Assembly: GCF_037042905.1 (NCBI RefSeq)
Contig: NC_087251.1
Coordinates: 36,024,001-36,088,000 of the forward strand
Direction of reading: 5' to 3'
Length of the DNA stretch: 64,000 bases
DNA from: Lytechinus pictus
Taxonomy: Eukaryota
Position numbers and translations under genes: made by a program. Positions within the stretch are counted from its first letter, which is position 1; each line of letters begins with the position of its first letter. Below, one piece after another: positions 38,923-52,059 of the stretch. The notes under the pieces are model-generated. The model saw only the letters and a list, made by a program, of their open reading frames with translations. It searched no databases and was not told the DNA's origin.

Positions 38923-39925
38923 TATGCTTTTCACACTGTACTTTTTTTCCTTAACCCCGGGAAATTGGTGGGGCTAAGGGGGGGCCTTAGCCCCACCAAT
39001 TTCCCATGGTTAAGCTTAGCCCACTTCGTTTTCACACTACGTTTTAGCAAAGTGGGCTAGCACGGTAAATAGTATGGTACTATCTGGCCCTGCAAAAAAG
39101 CAGGGTTAGCCGGCTAATACCCTTTTTACACACGCTAAAATTTCCTTAACCCCGTACTATAGGTGGGGCTAAATTGCCATTTAGCCCCACCTATAGTACA
39201 GGGTTAAGCTTAGCCCACTTTTTACACAGCATTTTTGCAAAGTGGGCTAACCCCACCTTTAGTACGGGATTATTTGGCCCTGCAAAAAAGCAGGGTTATC
39301 CCAGCAATTGCGGTGCTAAGAGCGATAGTACGGGGTTAAGATCGCTAGTGTAAAATGAAAGTGGGCTAAGCGCTCCCATTCATGCCCCGCAACGGAGCCG
39401 GCCCTGTTGTCCAATCAGAGGTAAGCATAATGAATATTCATGAACAGCGAACACGGCGATGAGAAAAAACGCGGGCCATAAACACAATGAATGACCCACA
39501 GTGCGCTCGTGAATATTCATGAGCTACCACTAGTCCGGGGTTAGCAATAACAATTTGGCATGTGTGAAAAGGAAAAAAATGGTACGGGGTTAAGGATAGT
39601 ACGGGGTTACCGATAGTCCGGGGCTAAGAAAATCCTGTGTAAAAAGGGTACAATTGCGGTGCTAAGAGATGCAGTGTGAAACGAAACTGGGCTTAGGAAA
39701 AGTGGGGCTAAGCAATAGGCAATCAGAGAAGTCGAAATTGCACGTTAATCACGCTCTGTATGGTAAAATCATCAATATTCATGAGCTGTGGGATAGTCCG
39801 GGGTTAAGGCGTTAACCCCGGCTAAGCAGATAGTATGGGGTTAAGAAAGACAGTGTGAATCCAAAAATAGATAGTATGGGGTTAAGGATAGTATGGGGTT
39901 AAGGAAATGCAATGTGAAAAGCATA
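38923..39925. mobile_element. Harbinger-like MITE (family of 17974-18350) containing a nested related MITE
   Basis: Same TIRs with TTA on both flanks. The insert at 39118-39650 has TIRs TACCCTTTTTACAC / GTGTAAAAAGGGTA. Confidence 0.9.
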
Positions 39926-40455
39926 TTAGTGAATTCATTATCTAAGTGATGAATGTCATTCTCTTCATAGGTCCATGCTGTAACCATAGAGAATTAGGGT
40001 CATTTGGCCGGCATCATTTGATTTATTTAGTTTGTTTTTATTTTTTTATAGGGATGATATTTAAGTTTTATATGGAGATTGAGGTTGTTTTTTTTAGGCC
40101 TACATAAACAGTGTTCTTCCCCTATATATCACTTTTTATGAACTTTCTTTGCCAAGAAAAATGTAGGAAAAATTATATGAAAATAAGCTACAGTTGGCAT
40201 AATTTTTCCTTAAAATTTGAATTAAGAAATAAAAGTCAGCAGGTTTTGCTATGGTCGGTCGGGTAACAGCAAGCCATGTTTTTGTGGGTTTTTTTTTAGC
40301 CTTTGGCAAGACATCAATTCCTATTTGTCACTCTCCACTCAGGTTGTAAATGGCTGCCTGGTAGAATACAAATGATAAATGCCAGTAAGCATATTCAGAT
40401 TTCAGACCGCCTCAAAGTTCAAGAATACCAGGTGTTCTCTGATCTGGAAATTCGC

Positions 40456-40733
40456 CCTGGACCCTGCCTTACAAAGAGTTACGATTGATCCAATCAATCG
40501 TAACTCTATGGAAATCCATCAGTGTCATAATTTTTTCGACAGGAAATTGCAAAATGTCCTTTTGAAACAAAGGAGAACACATCAAATTGTCAAGAAATCA
40601 ATGAATTCATGGATATACATTCATATCTAGAAAATTTCTTGAACAAACATGCATTTCATATGTAGACTTTGCTGGCTTTCCATAGTTGCGAATGATCGGA
40701 TCAATCGCAACTCTTTGTAAGATGGCCCCCAGG
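40456..40733. mobile_element. MITE
   Basis: Inverted ends CTTACAAAGAGTTACGATTGATCC / GGATCAATCGCAACTCTTTGTAAG. Confidence 0.8.
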
Positions 40734-40929
40734 TCTATATTGTACCCCGATCATAAAATACCATGTATTTTATGCAATGCAGTGTGAAAGCAAAGTGCTT
40801 GTAATATTCCCAAAAGAAAATAATTGCCAATAGTAGGTAACTGTCAAAATTATGAGAACTTTTGCAGGAATTTTCCCCAAGTCGCAGGTATTATCGCAGT
40901 GTGAAAGCAAGCAAGTAGTTGGTCTGTAG

Positions 40930-41670
40930 GCAATCAAGTATCACTGATCATCCTTCATGAGTTTCAGGTAACTTGATCAAGGGCAAAGGTCATTTCGAGT
41001 CAATGAACTTTGACCATGTTAGGGTATCAAAACTGAAATATTAACCAAGGTTAAATTTTTGAAATACCATCATAACTTTAAAAATAAAAGGGCCTAGTTC
41101 ATGAAACTTGGACATTAAGGTAATCAAGTAACATTGCTAATCTTGCATTTTTAGATCACATAATTACTTTCAAAGGTAATTTAGAGTAAATGAACCTTGG
41201 CCATGTCAGGGTATTATCATTGAAATCTTAACTCAGGTTCAATTTTTTTAAATATCATCATGACTTTAAAGTATAAAGACCTATCTCATGAATCTTGAAC
41301 ATAGGGTATCACTGATCATCTAACATATGTTGCAGGTCACATGATCAAGGCCCAAGGGCCAACAAACTTTAACCATTTTGTGATGTCAATATTTAAAAAA
41401 CTTAAACAAGTTTAAGATTTTGAATTTTCAAGATAATTTTGTAGTTGTAAGTCCCTATTTCATATAACTTTTAACACTTTAGGTCTCTAGACAAAGGTCA
41501 GAGGTCATTTGAGGTCAATGAACCTTGGAATTTATTATCACACAAATATTTGTTTTTTCCCCTCTCTTTAAACAAATTTATTCATCATAAACATAGTTTT
41601 CAAAGTCTGCTCTTTTGCTATATTAAATTGTGTGATGCAGGTAAGACTGCCAAAGGCATTTCACATGTTT
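40930..41670. repeat. Second Helentron/HINE-like AGGTCA-rich array
   Basis: Diverged CAAAGGTCATTT..GTCAATGAAC units homologous to 20405-21420. Confidence 0.65.
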
Positions 41671-41676
41671 TATTAA

Positions 41677-42200
41677 ATGAATGGTCTGGGCTGAAAATAT
41701 TCATATCTTAACACATAGAGTAGAATTCACTGAGCAAAACAAATAATAAGTTATTGAAGTAAAAACTTTAGCAATATTTTGTGAAAACAGTCATCATGAA
41801 TATTCATTAGGTGGGCTGATGATGTTACATCTCCACTTTCTTATGTTATTACATAAAATCATAATTTTTCAATATTTCATACTTGTGTGAATAATATGTC
41901 TCCCTTATAATGAAATTAGTTGCAGCAATAAATATCTAATGCACTAAATCAGTTGTCAATCCAATTTTTCTAGTTCTTGGAGGAAAAAATTTGAATAAAC
42001 CTAATTTCATATAAAAAAGTACAAAAGAACAAGTGGGGATGTAACATCATCAGACGACTGTTTTCACAAAATATTGCTAAACTTTAAAATTCAATAACTT
42101 TGTTATTTGTTATCTGATTTTGATGAAATTTTCGGCATTTTGCTCCGTGAATTCTACTCCATTTATTAAGCTGTAAATACTTTCAGCCCGGACCATCCCT
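41677..42200. mobile_element. Kolobok-type MITE
   Basis: TTAA|ATGAATGGTCTGGGCTGAAAA ... TTTCAGCCCGGACCATCCCT|TTAA; homologous to 9940-10527. Confidence 0.85.
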
Positions 42201-42239
42201 TTAATGATGCATTGAGCCAGTGGATTCTTTAAATTCTAT

Positions 42240-42553
42240 GGCCGGTATTCTGAAGTCAGGTTTTACTTAGACCATGGTCTAACTCTGTGCTAAAATTATG
42301 GGAAGCCAAAAGTGTCAAAATTTGTATTAAGTTGTATGTTTCTTTTGTAATACTGTGCTCTTTCCTGATTCATCGATGGTGAAGACAATCATCTATTTAT
42401 ACTTCCTTAACACAATTATGAATGATTTGAGAGCCAAAAGAGCTGAAATATTATATCTCTACTGTTAGTGATTTATGTAACAATTGGCTATCCATACTTA
42501 AACCACAACTTTAAACCCGAGTTTAAGTTGAACCCGACTTCAGAATACGGGCC
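42240..42553. mobile_element. Harbinger-like MITE
   Basis: TIRs GGCCGGTATTCTGAAGTCAGG / CCCGACTTCAGAATACGGGCC. An inverted homologue lies at 54625-54918. Confidence 0.85.
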
Positions 42554-42934
42554 AATGAATTTGAGTTTTGACCAAAATGGGGGAATTGCTATGACTGCTA
42601 TAATGCTCTTTAATTTATAAAAATACATGTACATGTAGTATGAAATCTGCATTTATTCAAACTTCAGCAAGTGATTGAAAATAAATTGAGAATCTCGAGT
42701 GTTTTGCAGAAGCCGGGGTGTGCATTAAGATTTTCATGAAGTTATGCATTAATTTTTAGTGCCTTTTAGGCTTTTTTGGTTGTTTTTCAGGGCCCTATTT
42801 TGAGTATTATAGCTGCAAAATTGCCCTGAGCCCCCTTGTAGTTTTTCCCTGATGTGTTTTACGATACAGGGATGTGGATCTATGTTATTTGATAAACCAT
42901 CCTCATATCAAATTCATGATTGGTCAGTGGTCTC

Positions 42935-43348
42935 GAGGACCGTTTGCACCAGCCCGAGTTTTCAAATAATCGCGCTATATCTGATCCGGCCAATTATCCC
43001 GATCTGAACAATCTTGGAGAGTATTTGTCATGGAGACGCAATCATTGCGATAGTTTCAGGATTAATCTTGAGATTGCAATCCTAAGTCAACTAAGGATTA
43101 TTTGCAAAATAGCACGCTATTTACAAATTATCCCGATAATTCGCAGGTGCAGACGCACTCAAGATTTGACTTGAGATTATCTATTCACGGTGTTAGTCCA
43201 TAATGCATTGATGCCTCGCTCAAGCACGAATTGCTCTTCTTGCGCTGGTGGAGATGGGTTTTCTTGAATCTCGAGATTAATCGCAAAGAGGGCTAATCAG
43301 TCTAAAATATCGAGATTGAGCAAACTTGGGCTGGCGCAGCACTGCCTC
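42935..43348. mobile_element. MITE with GAG...CTC ends (possibly MULE-like)
   Basis: GAGGACCGTTTGCACCAGCCCGAGTTT / AAACTTGGGCTGGCGCAGCACTGCCTC; GTGGTCTC at 42927-42934 and 43351-43358. Confidence 0.65.
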
Positions 43349-43929
43349 ATGTGGTCTCAATCATGAGTAAATCTAGGTGTCGGACCAAATTAATGACCAG
43401 TCATATGTATTTGCACATGTATTTCTTTTATTAGGATCCAGTTTTTCACATAGAGTCATGAGCGAAATGCTGGATTTTCTCCTTGCATCCAAAACTGAAA
43501 ATATTAACGAAACCTGACTCTGACAAGCATGCAAGCTACGTGTAGAGTATAAATCATAAGCTGATCCTATGAGAACAAAATAAACCTGATCATCTTTTTT
43601 TTTATCTCCAGGTTCCCTTAAGGTTAGTGATTACTGGCTAATATGAAAGAACAATTCTGATTGGTTCCTAGTCAGCCTACTGAGCAAAGTGCACATGCAA
43701 TGATGATCTTGATAGGCCATTTTATTTAGTGATTAATTGCTAGCCTTTGTGTTACATAGCCCAGGTCTTACACCTTTGTTCCAGGGTTGAAAAGAGTTTT
43801 TATTTTCTGGTTTTTTTTTATTTTTATAGAATTGGGGGTAATTGCTGAATTTTGTGGGCTATTTCTTTTCTTTGAAGGGCTTCTCTTTTTTGTGCAATAA
43901 GCAATGTAAATATCACTATTCTATCATGT

Positions 43930-44850
43930 AATGTAGAATATTTATTTTCTAAATATTCTTGAGTACTGATAGCAGCACCTTAGGCTACCTGAGAAAATAT
44001 GGTTGCCCAAAAGCATTCTTTTTGATGATTTTGGGAATTTTAGCAATTGGGCAGGGATGAGGGTGACATCCCGTGTCTCCCTCATGCATTTCTTATATGC
44101 TGATATGTTTCCAATGAATGAGTGCCTTTCCAATTCAACTATTTGCAGATGGAGGTTCATCTCCCCCAACATTGCAAGGGGTTTGCCTTGTATGTAATTA
44201 CAGAGTACATTAATGTCATGAGGTTTGGAGGTATAGGTCTCCACACAGTGCAGTTGTATTTGAACTTTAACATATAAATATTCCATGTTTGTCAGCACCC
44301 AGCTGGTCCGAGCTTATTAAGTTCACTCGATGTTCACCCGTACCAATCCCATGCAATCAGGTTCTCTGCAAGACATGCCAAGTTTCGCTGGGTGCTCTGA
44401 TTTTACATCAGGGTCGCTCTCTTTCAACCCCTTTTTTTTTCTTTTCCAGGTTTTTTACCACCTTTGCTGCCCGTACTGCTGTTTTCCCCCGAAGACAATA
44501 ATGTGCAACCCCTCGCTGTTTTCTGCTTATCAGCTATTTTCAGTTTCCACTTTCGTGACGGATAGGCAGATTTGTTTCACACTTCTGATCCTGCTGTTTG
44601 GTTTCTCGCTGATTAATCAAGGCAATTAGACATCAACGGTAGGATCCTCCCTGCGCTCTGTGGCTCTGGCAGTGGGGTGCTCTGTCGGATGAGGTCAGGG
44701 GATAGGTGTTGAGACAATGGGTGCCTGTCCCTCTCCTGGGCTCCCCCCTCGCCCTCTTGTCGTGCTGTACTTTCCTTCTCTCCAGAAGTGCGTTTCCCCT
44801 GCCAAAAGTACAGGGAGGGGTTGAAACTCCCTTTTAGTGCATGTCAAAGT
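43930..44850 (-). mobile_element. Decayed CR1/L2-type LINE, apurinic endonuclease region
   Basis: Degenerate motifs in the expected order on the minus strand: PDV..SETW, a YRPP-like segment, and LAMLGEMNLHL (cf. 'IlGDFNidl'). Frameshifted. Confidence 0.45.
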
Positions 44851-47800
44851 ACTATTATCTCAGTCAGGCAGCAATTAGCCCTCACAATCTAAAGGTAAAG
44901 AAGAAGTAGAGTGCAAACTACAGAGGCTTAACATCAAAGGTGAAGAGAGAGATAGAAAGAGAGAGAGTAGAAACTCCATGAGGTGTTGCCATGCGAGGCA
45001 ACAGTGCGACTCATATTAGGCAACCGTATTATGAGCATACTGAGTCGTGAACAAATTCTCATTTCGCTCTCTTTCGTTATAAAGTGTTGGGTCAGTAATT
45101 TCTTGGAAGCTACGCACCAATGGCTCCAAGTGCTTGGGGATCAGAACCCAGGGGAGGATGAAGGGAAGCAAGAGAGTAGAATAATCCCAGTTAGTGTCAA
45201 TTGACCGAGGATAAGCGACTCAGTCACAATCCACTAGATCTCAAGACGGTTGAAAGTGGATGTCGAGGACTGACTTTAAGGACCCAGGGATAATTGGATT
45301 GGGATCGATTCCTTGATTTAATTTTGATGGCCAGCCTCTCTTATTGTATTTCCCTGTACACCCCCCATAAACAGTGCTTATGAGAGGGGGGGGGGTAAAG
45401 TTAAGCATAGCTGTAACCATTTTCTGCAGATAGACCCTTTTCCATTGTTTTATAAATATCACTATCAAAAATTAAGTCATTGAAATAGTTAATTAAAGAT
45501 AGTGTCCCATGCTTTTGAAATTTGATGAACCAGGTATTGAAATGCTACCCGTATGGGATGCACGTACAATGTAGTCCACAAGTCATGGGAAAACAACAGG
45601 AATCTTAAGCCAACAGAAATGCAGTATGATTGATGCAGTGCTGCTAACTGATGTGGTTACTATAGTAACAGCTCCTTAAAACCTTTCCATTTCCTTTTGT
45701 TTATTGAGGAAATGATATATGTATCAGCGCTCTTTGATTCTTTCTGACTTTGTGTCCATCCTTATTTATATTCCTTTATTACTGTGGCAGTCTTTATAAA
45801 GCTGTAAATAACAAATATAATAATATTTTCTGTAAATGTAATTCTAATCTTTTTCATTTCCTATTGTAGAGATTAATTTTACTAATTAAAAGAAAGTACA
45901 GTATATAATATAGACCAAAATTATATATCAACAAATTCAACACGTTATCTTGGTGTGTGGTAGGGTCAAAACTAAATCATGTGATAAATTTTTATTTCTG
46001 GCCATTAATCATATCATATATCTCAAGATTGAGGAATCACATATGTGCATCCACAAAGGATTACACATTCAACTGCTATGCCACTGTACCTGGAGGCAGG
46101 CTTCTGAGAAATTGCTTTTTGGAAAGAATTTCAACTGTCATATCATGAAAACTTAAAATCCATTTTCACCTTCCCCCCCCCCCCAAAAAAAAAGAAGATT
46201 ATCTTAACTACAATCACATTGTAAAAAGAGGAACAATATTATGAAGAACTGGCAGTTTATCAAAAAAAAATTCTACAAACTTCAATTTGGTCGTCCTTGA
46301 ATATTGTTTTTCCATGGTAAACATTGATTTCTGACTTTGGGAGGATTTAGAGGCATGGGATCAATAACTATTCATGTGCTCTTTATTTGACAGTGTTTCC
46401 AAATATGATATATCAAAGTTGAATTGCATGGGAGATTCCATTCTTCTACTCACAAATCTCTGCATCGGAGGGACAAAAGTGTGAAGTAAATTAGCCCTGA
46501 TTGGGGAATGAAGGCTGATGGTTTGTGAGAGTGGATTTGTCCTGAGAGGATAAAACTGATTTAGACCAATGGGGAGTAATCCAGCGATGGAAAAAAAGTT
46601 TGTGAAAGGCCTGTTCCATTCGCTGCAGGGGTGTGTTTCTCTCTGATTATCAGAATATATACAAAATAATTGTTCAATTCAGATACTTTTTTTGTTCATT
46701 GCTCAAATATTCTTGGTTGCTGGAATTGAAATGATGATAAAGACATATCCTGAGCTGTTTCTGTTCTTTCAAACTTATTTGGTATAAAATTACATCCCTC
46801 CATCGAAAATGACATAGTCCATGGACTATGAAGTGCCCTTTCATCTTCCACCCCCTCACCCCACCCCCTTCTCTCACCTCTTCCCCTCTATTTCTATCAT
46901 TTTTCTTTCTCTCTCCCCTCTCTTGTTGTCTCCCCATACATATATCCTGCAAAATTTGTATTTCCCCTTGTTTTTACTCATGACTTTTAAGATAATTAAC
47001 CACCTATAATTGAACTTAGGTTTCCCCCTATCCGTCAAACCACAGAAGCTATTCATATCAGACAGTCACTTATTACCCTAGAGCCCACCTGTGCTTTACA
47101 TCTAAGCCCTTAATACTTTATGACATACCACTTGTTTATTTATTTATCGTACATGTATACAAATTCTAGGATGACAACAAATTTACCAGCCAGAAAAGTG
47201 CAGCTGGTTAGGGTCAGCTGAAGAATAAAAGTGTAATGCACCTAAAAAGTTGCTATCAAATTAATGTATTCTTTACTAATTTGCACTTTTTTTGTCAAAG
47301 GCATGTCCTATGCCATAACCACTCTTTCATCCATTATACTCAATATGTTTGTTTGTGGTTGAGTTTTTACCAGTAAGAATCCCAAGGTGAATCGCCAAGT
47401 ACAATTTATGAAACAAAATATTAGTTTGTATGGATATCGCTAGGCCTATATACCATTGGATTAATATGGGATACCACACCTCTCCGACAACTGTTTTTAT
47501 TTGGGAGCACTACGTTATAAGATAATACAATTTCATTTCAATGTGTTTTATTTTTTGCTTGTGTTTTATTTTTGCCATCCCCTCTCTGTTATCCCAATTT
47601 TGGATTAGATGGCTTTTGATCTCGTCAAGTTTATCTTCTACTTGTATTGATCTGTACCCTATATTTGAGCAATGAAAGCCATTTAAATCATATTTCTTTC
47701 AGACATCTCTCTCTCACTTTACTTCAACTTAGAATTTTTTAATGTTTTTTGTTGCTTGAACAGTTTTGCTCCCCTCCCATTCTAACAATTTAAGAGGAGT

Positions 47801-49347
47801 TTGATCTCGTCCATTTTATTTTTCCCTTTTACCTCTATCGACCATCTTTGAGCAATTGAGGTAATTTCATTTGTATTTCTCCTAGACATCTCTCCCGTAA
47901 CTCAAATTCGGTCAGGACACCACTTGATCCATTAGAAACACTTGTCACATGCCGAAAATGAAGTACCCCCAAGACATGCATATTTAGATAGGCAGTCATT
48001 GCTTTAAGTCCTTCCTCTTTTATTTTTTTCCCCTTTCTCACCTCCGCACTGTCATAGATCACCACCTCAGCCTTAACAAATGTGTAAGTCAACTCTTCCA
48101 AAAACACAGAATATCAACAAAAAAGTGAGACAACCGAATAAAAAAAAAGAGGGTGAGAGGGTATTAAAAAAGTGCAGGACACATAGTCTGGTTTTAGTGC
48201 ATGGAACTCGCCTCAAAGTGCAACGTACAGCCATCGTCTGGCCGGATATGGGGGAAACGAGGTGTTGCAAACCACCGGGGTAATTGCACTATTTTGCGCT
48301 GATTCCTATGTTTAATTTAACGGGCTAATCGTCCTGATGGGTTTTCCATGAAACATTGAACGCATCCTCCTCCTCGGCATTCATCACAGCACAATGACAC
48401 TGACATTGTTTGGGGGCAGAGGGTTAATTGTCTAACGGCCAATCTAATATTCTTTCGGAGGTCATGGTTGGTGTTACACTAATTACTACTTGGCTGTTTA
48501 TCTTGCTCTCTCTTTCTCTTTCTATCTCTCCCTCTCTCTTCCTTTCTTTCATTCATTTGTTTTCTCATTTTCCCCTGTGGTTTCCTGTTTTCCATGTTGT
48601 TCCATATCCTTTCAACTCATTCAGTTTATCAATTCACCTCTCCTCCCACCCCCCATTCATCCTATTTCTACATTTTCTCTCAAATTAGGTCATAGTTCAT
48701 CTCGCAGGCCTCCCTGTGCGTGAACACTTTCACGCTCACACGCCCGCCCGCCTGCCTTGCCGCTCCATGGGCGCGGGTTCCCTCTGAAGTCGGAGTATGA
48801 TTAATCAATTACGGACACTTAGGCATAATGACGGATGGTTACAACCACTTATCCCATCATAGAGCTGCACCTCGATCTCTGGGGTGAATCTTTGGTCACT
48901 CGATGACGATCAGTTTTTATTTAGGCATTGTTCGTCACCGCTGTGGCGTAGACGCATTATGGGTGATACCGCACTTTATAGAATGAGAAGAAGCTGTTAT
49001 TGTCAGTGGTGCTTGTGCGTAATCATAGTTACAGTTGCGTAGATGGTGGATTTGATTAGAACTCCAGAAGAATATGGGATGCTATTTTGACCAGTTGCAA
49101 CATGCTCCTCAGATCATTTTGGATTGGTAGACCTACTTCTATCTTGATGGATAGAAAACAGGGGGAGGTGTTTGCAACTGATACATCAATATCAGCTGTA
49201 GCAAGTTAGTTTACACTACTTGATGCAAGGAGCACATTAGCAATAATTTGCAACTTTGCAAGACAGATGATTGATTTTGGGCCCCCAAAGATTTCAAAAC
49301 ATTGGCGACATCTTTTATTGTGATTGTTTATGAAAAAAGATAGTTAA

Positions 49348-49933
49348 AGGAGAATGAAACTCTTGGAGCAAGTTAGCTTTTGTGAAAACAGAAAAATCAA
49401 AGAATAAGATCAACAAAAGTTTGAGTAAAATAGGACTAGCAATAGAAGAGTTATGAACATTTGAATGTCGAGATCACTAATGCTATGGAGATCCTCCCAC
49501 TGGCAATGCGACCAAGATCTATGATGTCACAGATGAACAACTCTCCCCTTTTGGACACTGAAAATATACCCCAAAACATCTCTTTTTGCTCATTCTAATC
49601 ATATGACAAACGATTCATCAATGATATAATGTTGTGAAACCTCTGTACTTGTCCTCTCATATAAAGAGAACACCTCACCTTGTGATAGACTCTATAAGAA
49701 TGAGAATATAAGTGAAATAAGTAATAAAGTAATGAGGGAGTTGTACGTGTGTGACATCACAGATCTTGGTCGCATTGCCAATGGGAAGATCTACATGGCA
49801 TTAGTGATCTCAATATTCAAATGCTCATAACTTTCTTATTATTCATTCAATCTTCCTCAAACTTTCAACAATATGTTTCTTTGATTTTTCTCTTTGATAT
49901 GGATTCAGCTGGTTTCAAGGGTTTCATTCTCCT
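49348..49933. mobile_element. Kolobok-type MITE
   Basis: TTAA|AGGAGAATGAAAC ... GTTTCATTCTCCT|TTAA, with long internal inverted arms (TGGCAATGCGACCAAGATCT / AGATCTTGGTCGCATTGCCA). Confidence 0.9.
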
Positions 49934-51643
49934 TTAATAACTTACAAAATGGAAAAATCAAAACAAATTTTATTTGTAACATCATTACTCTTTATTTATT
50001 CTGTGTGGTTAATGAATTTTTTAATTTGCTCTTCGTTAGAACTCTGAAATTGTAGGGATATATACGTCTCCTGCTTCATCATTGCATTCAGTCTAAATTG
50101 CTATGAAACAGGTTATTCATTATTGTTATGATTCCTTCAATGAAATAGAAACAAACAAACATGTCTATTTGAAATCGCATATTAAAAGATATACTTTAAA
50201 GATTCTAATTCACATGACACAGGATATTTTTATTTATTTATAAAAGCATCTATAATTGCTTGATGAATTCTGACTATTTTTTTTTAGCTCTGACGAATTA
50301 ATGGTGCTGAGCTCAGAGCAATTTCTGACATATTGATTTTTTTTTTTTTTAGTCATTCAGAGGCAGAGCACTTACATACCTTTCACCAGGTCGATTACGG
50401 TTAGCCAAATTGCATCTTTCTTCGTACTCATCATTAAGGCACTGAAACGCTTAAATCATTTGTTCTTAAAATGTGTTCATGGACGAATGAAGCCAATTGG
50501 TCAATTATCGATGATTATGTGGCAAACGGGATCCTGCTGATTTTTTTCTTCTTTCCTTTCGTTGCAGCAGGTTCGAGAATCTGGGTTAATAGGGAAACCA
50601 GGTTATTAGGGAACTGGGCCTATTGATGGCTTTTCCCGAGAAGTGGTTATGAATTTCTGACAAAAACCTTAACGAAAAATCTCCACCCCTTCATGTGAAC
50701 CCTTTTTTTTTTATAATAAAGAGCGAATTAAAGGGGAGAGGAAGTATCAGATCAGGCCAGGTTAGAACTAGGCCACTGGTAAACAGAGAACTAGATCTCA
50801 CCCTTGCAAAATAGAACAGGCTGTCACATTTCTCCCTTTCCCAAGAAAAATATGAGGAAGAAAGAGTATCTAATGGTGTTTACTCTGGTGAATACAGATC
50901 ATGTATCTTGATGGTTGCTAAAGGATTGGCTCATAGAAACCCACACCTATTGGATAGCCAATGAAACGGCTTTCTATTTTAATTTCATGTATTCACCGAC
51001 CCACCATTAATATCTCCATAATCATATCCCGAGTCCTGATTGTGGAAGATTTGTGTACTTAAGGGGCGCCGGATAATGAGCAGAACTGGGTTTTGGTGCA
51101 ACCGGAGGGAGGAAAGAGCCGAAAGGGCCGACAGAATTGAATAAGTGAAGATTCTGTTTTTACAACAGGAAGCTTAAGATGGAATAATGAAATATTCAGG
51201 CTAATGTATGCATTGTTACCGGGACTCCGGGAGTGTGCTTTTTTAGTTTTGAGGCGTAAATTAGGGTAGGGTATTAAATTGGCTTGACTGACGATTGGAG
51301 CTTTACCGGTTGCATAATTTCATATTGATGATTAGATGTCCCTGGGTTGTATTAATCATACGGTATAGGTTGTGAAAGGCATTAAGAACATGCACTTACG
51401 TAATAGAAGGCTGTAGCTCATTTTAATTCAAGTAACAAGGAATTCAATTTTTATTTGTTTTGTCATTCTACAGTTACTGAACATTTTTATCTGTCAAAGA
51501 GTCATTACTGAATTAATCTTCTCATAAAATTAGCTTTAATAGAATGAAATATTGATTATTGAATATTATCTATCAACACAAATGAAAGAATGGCAGAACT
51601 GTAAAAAAAAATCCATGCTCATTTTACATACAATTTTTCTTTT

Positions 51644-52059
51644 AAGGGGCCATTCCACTATCACGATTTGAAACCCTGATCCCTCCCGATCATTAGATCG
51701 GCAGAGAGCGGGATGGGAATCAGTTGAAATCGGGAGCAGCGTAATAACAATGTGTGATGATGGGTGAACAGCGGGCCTTTTATTCAGATCAGCGAGATCG
51801 ACTGAAAGTTTTGAACATTTAAAAAATTTCATGCCGATCTTCCCGATCAGAGAAAGTCCATTTGAATCGTGGGGAAACAGGAAAAGCGTCGATGACTACG
51901 GCAAATTTACGTAATCAATCCCCCGTTCCTTTGGACAATATTTATGACTGCAAATTTTTTTTGGCTGACTCCCGGTAAAGTGGTTCCTTTTTTTCTGATC
52001 CTGCCCGGCCTGAATGTTTGTCAAATCGTAGCAACATCGGCATAGTGGAACGGGGGCTT
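51644..52059. mobile_element. Harbinger-like MITE
   Basis: Imperfect TIRs GGCCATTCCACTATCACGAT / ATCGGCATAGTGGAACGGGG; CpG-rich CCCGAT/ATCGGG interior. Confidence 0.6.
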
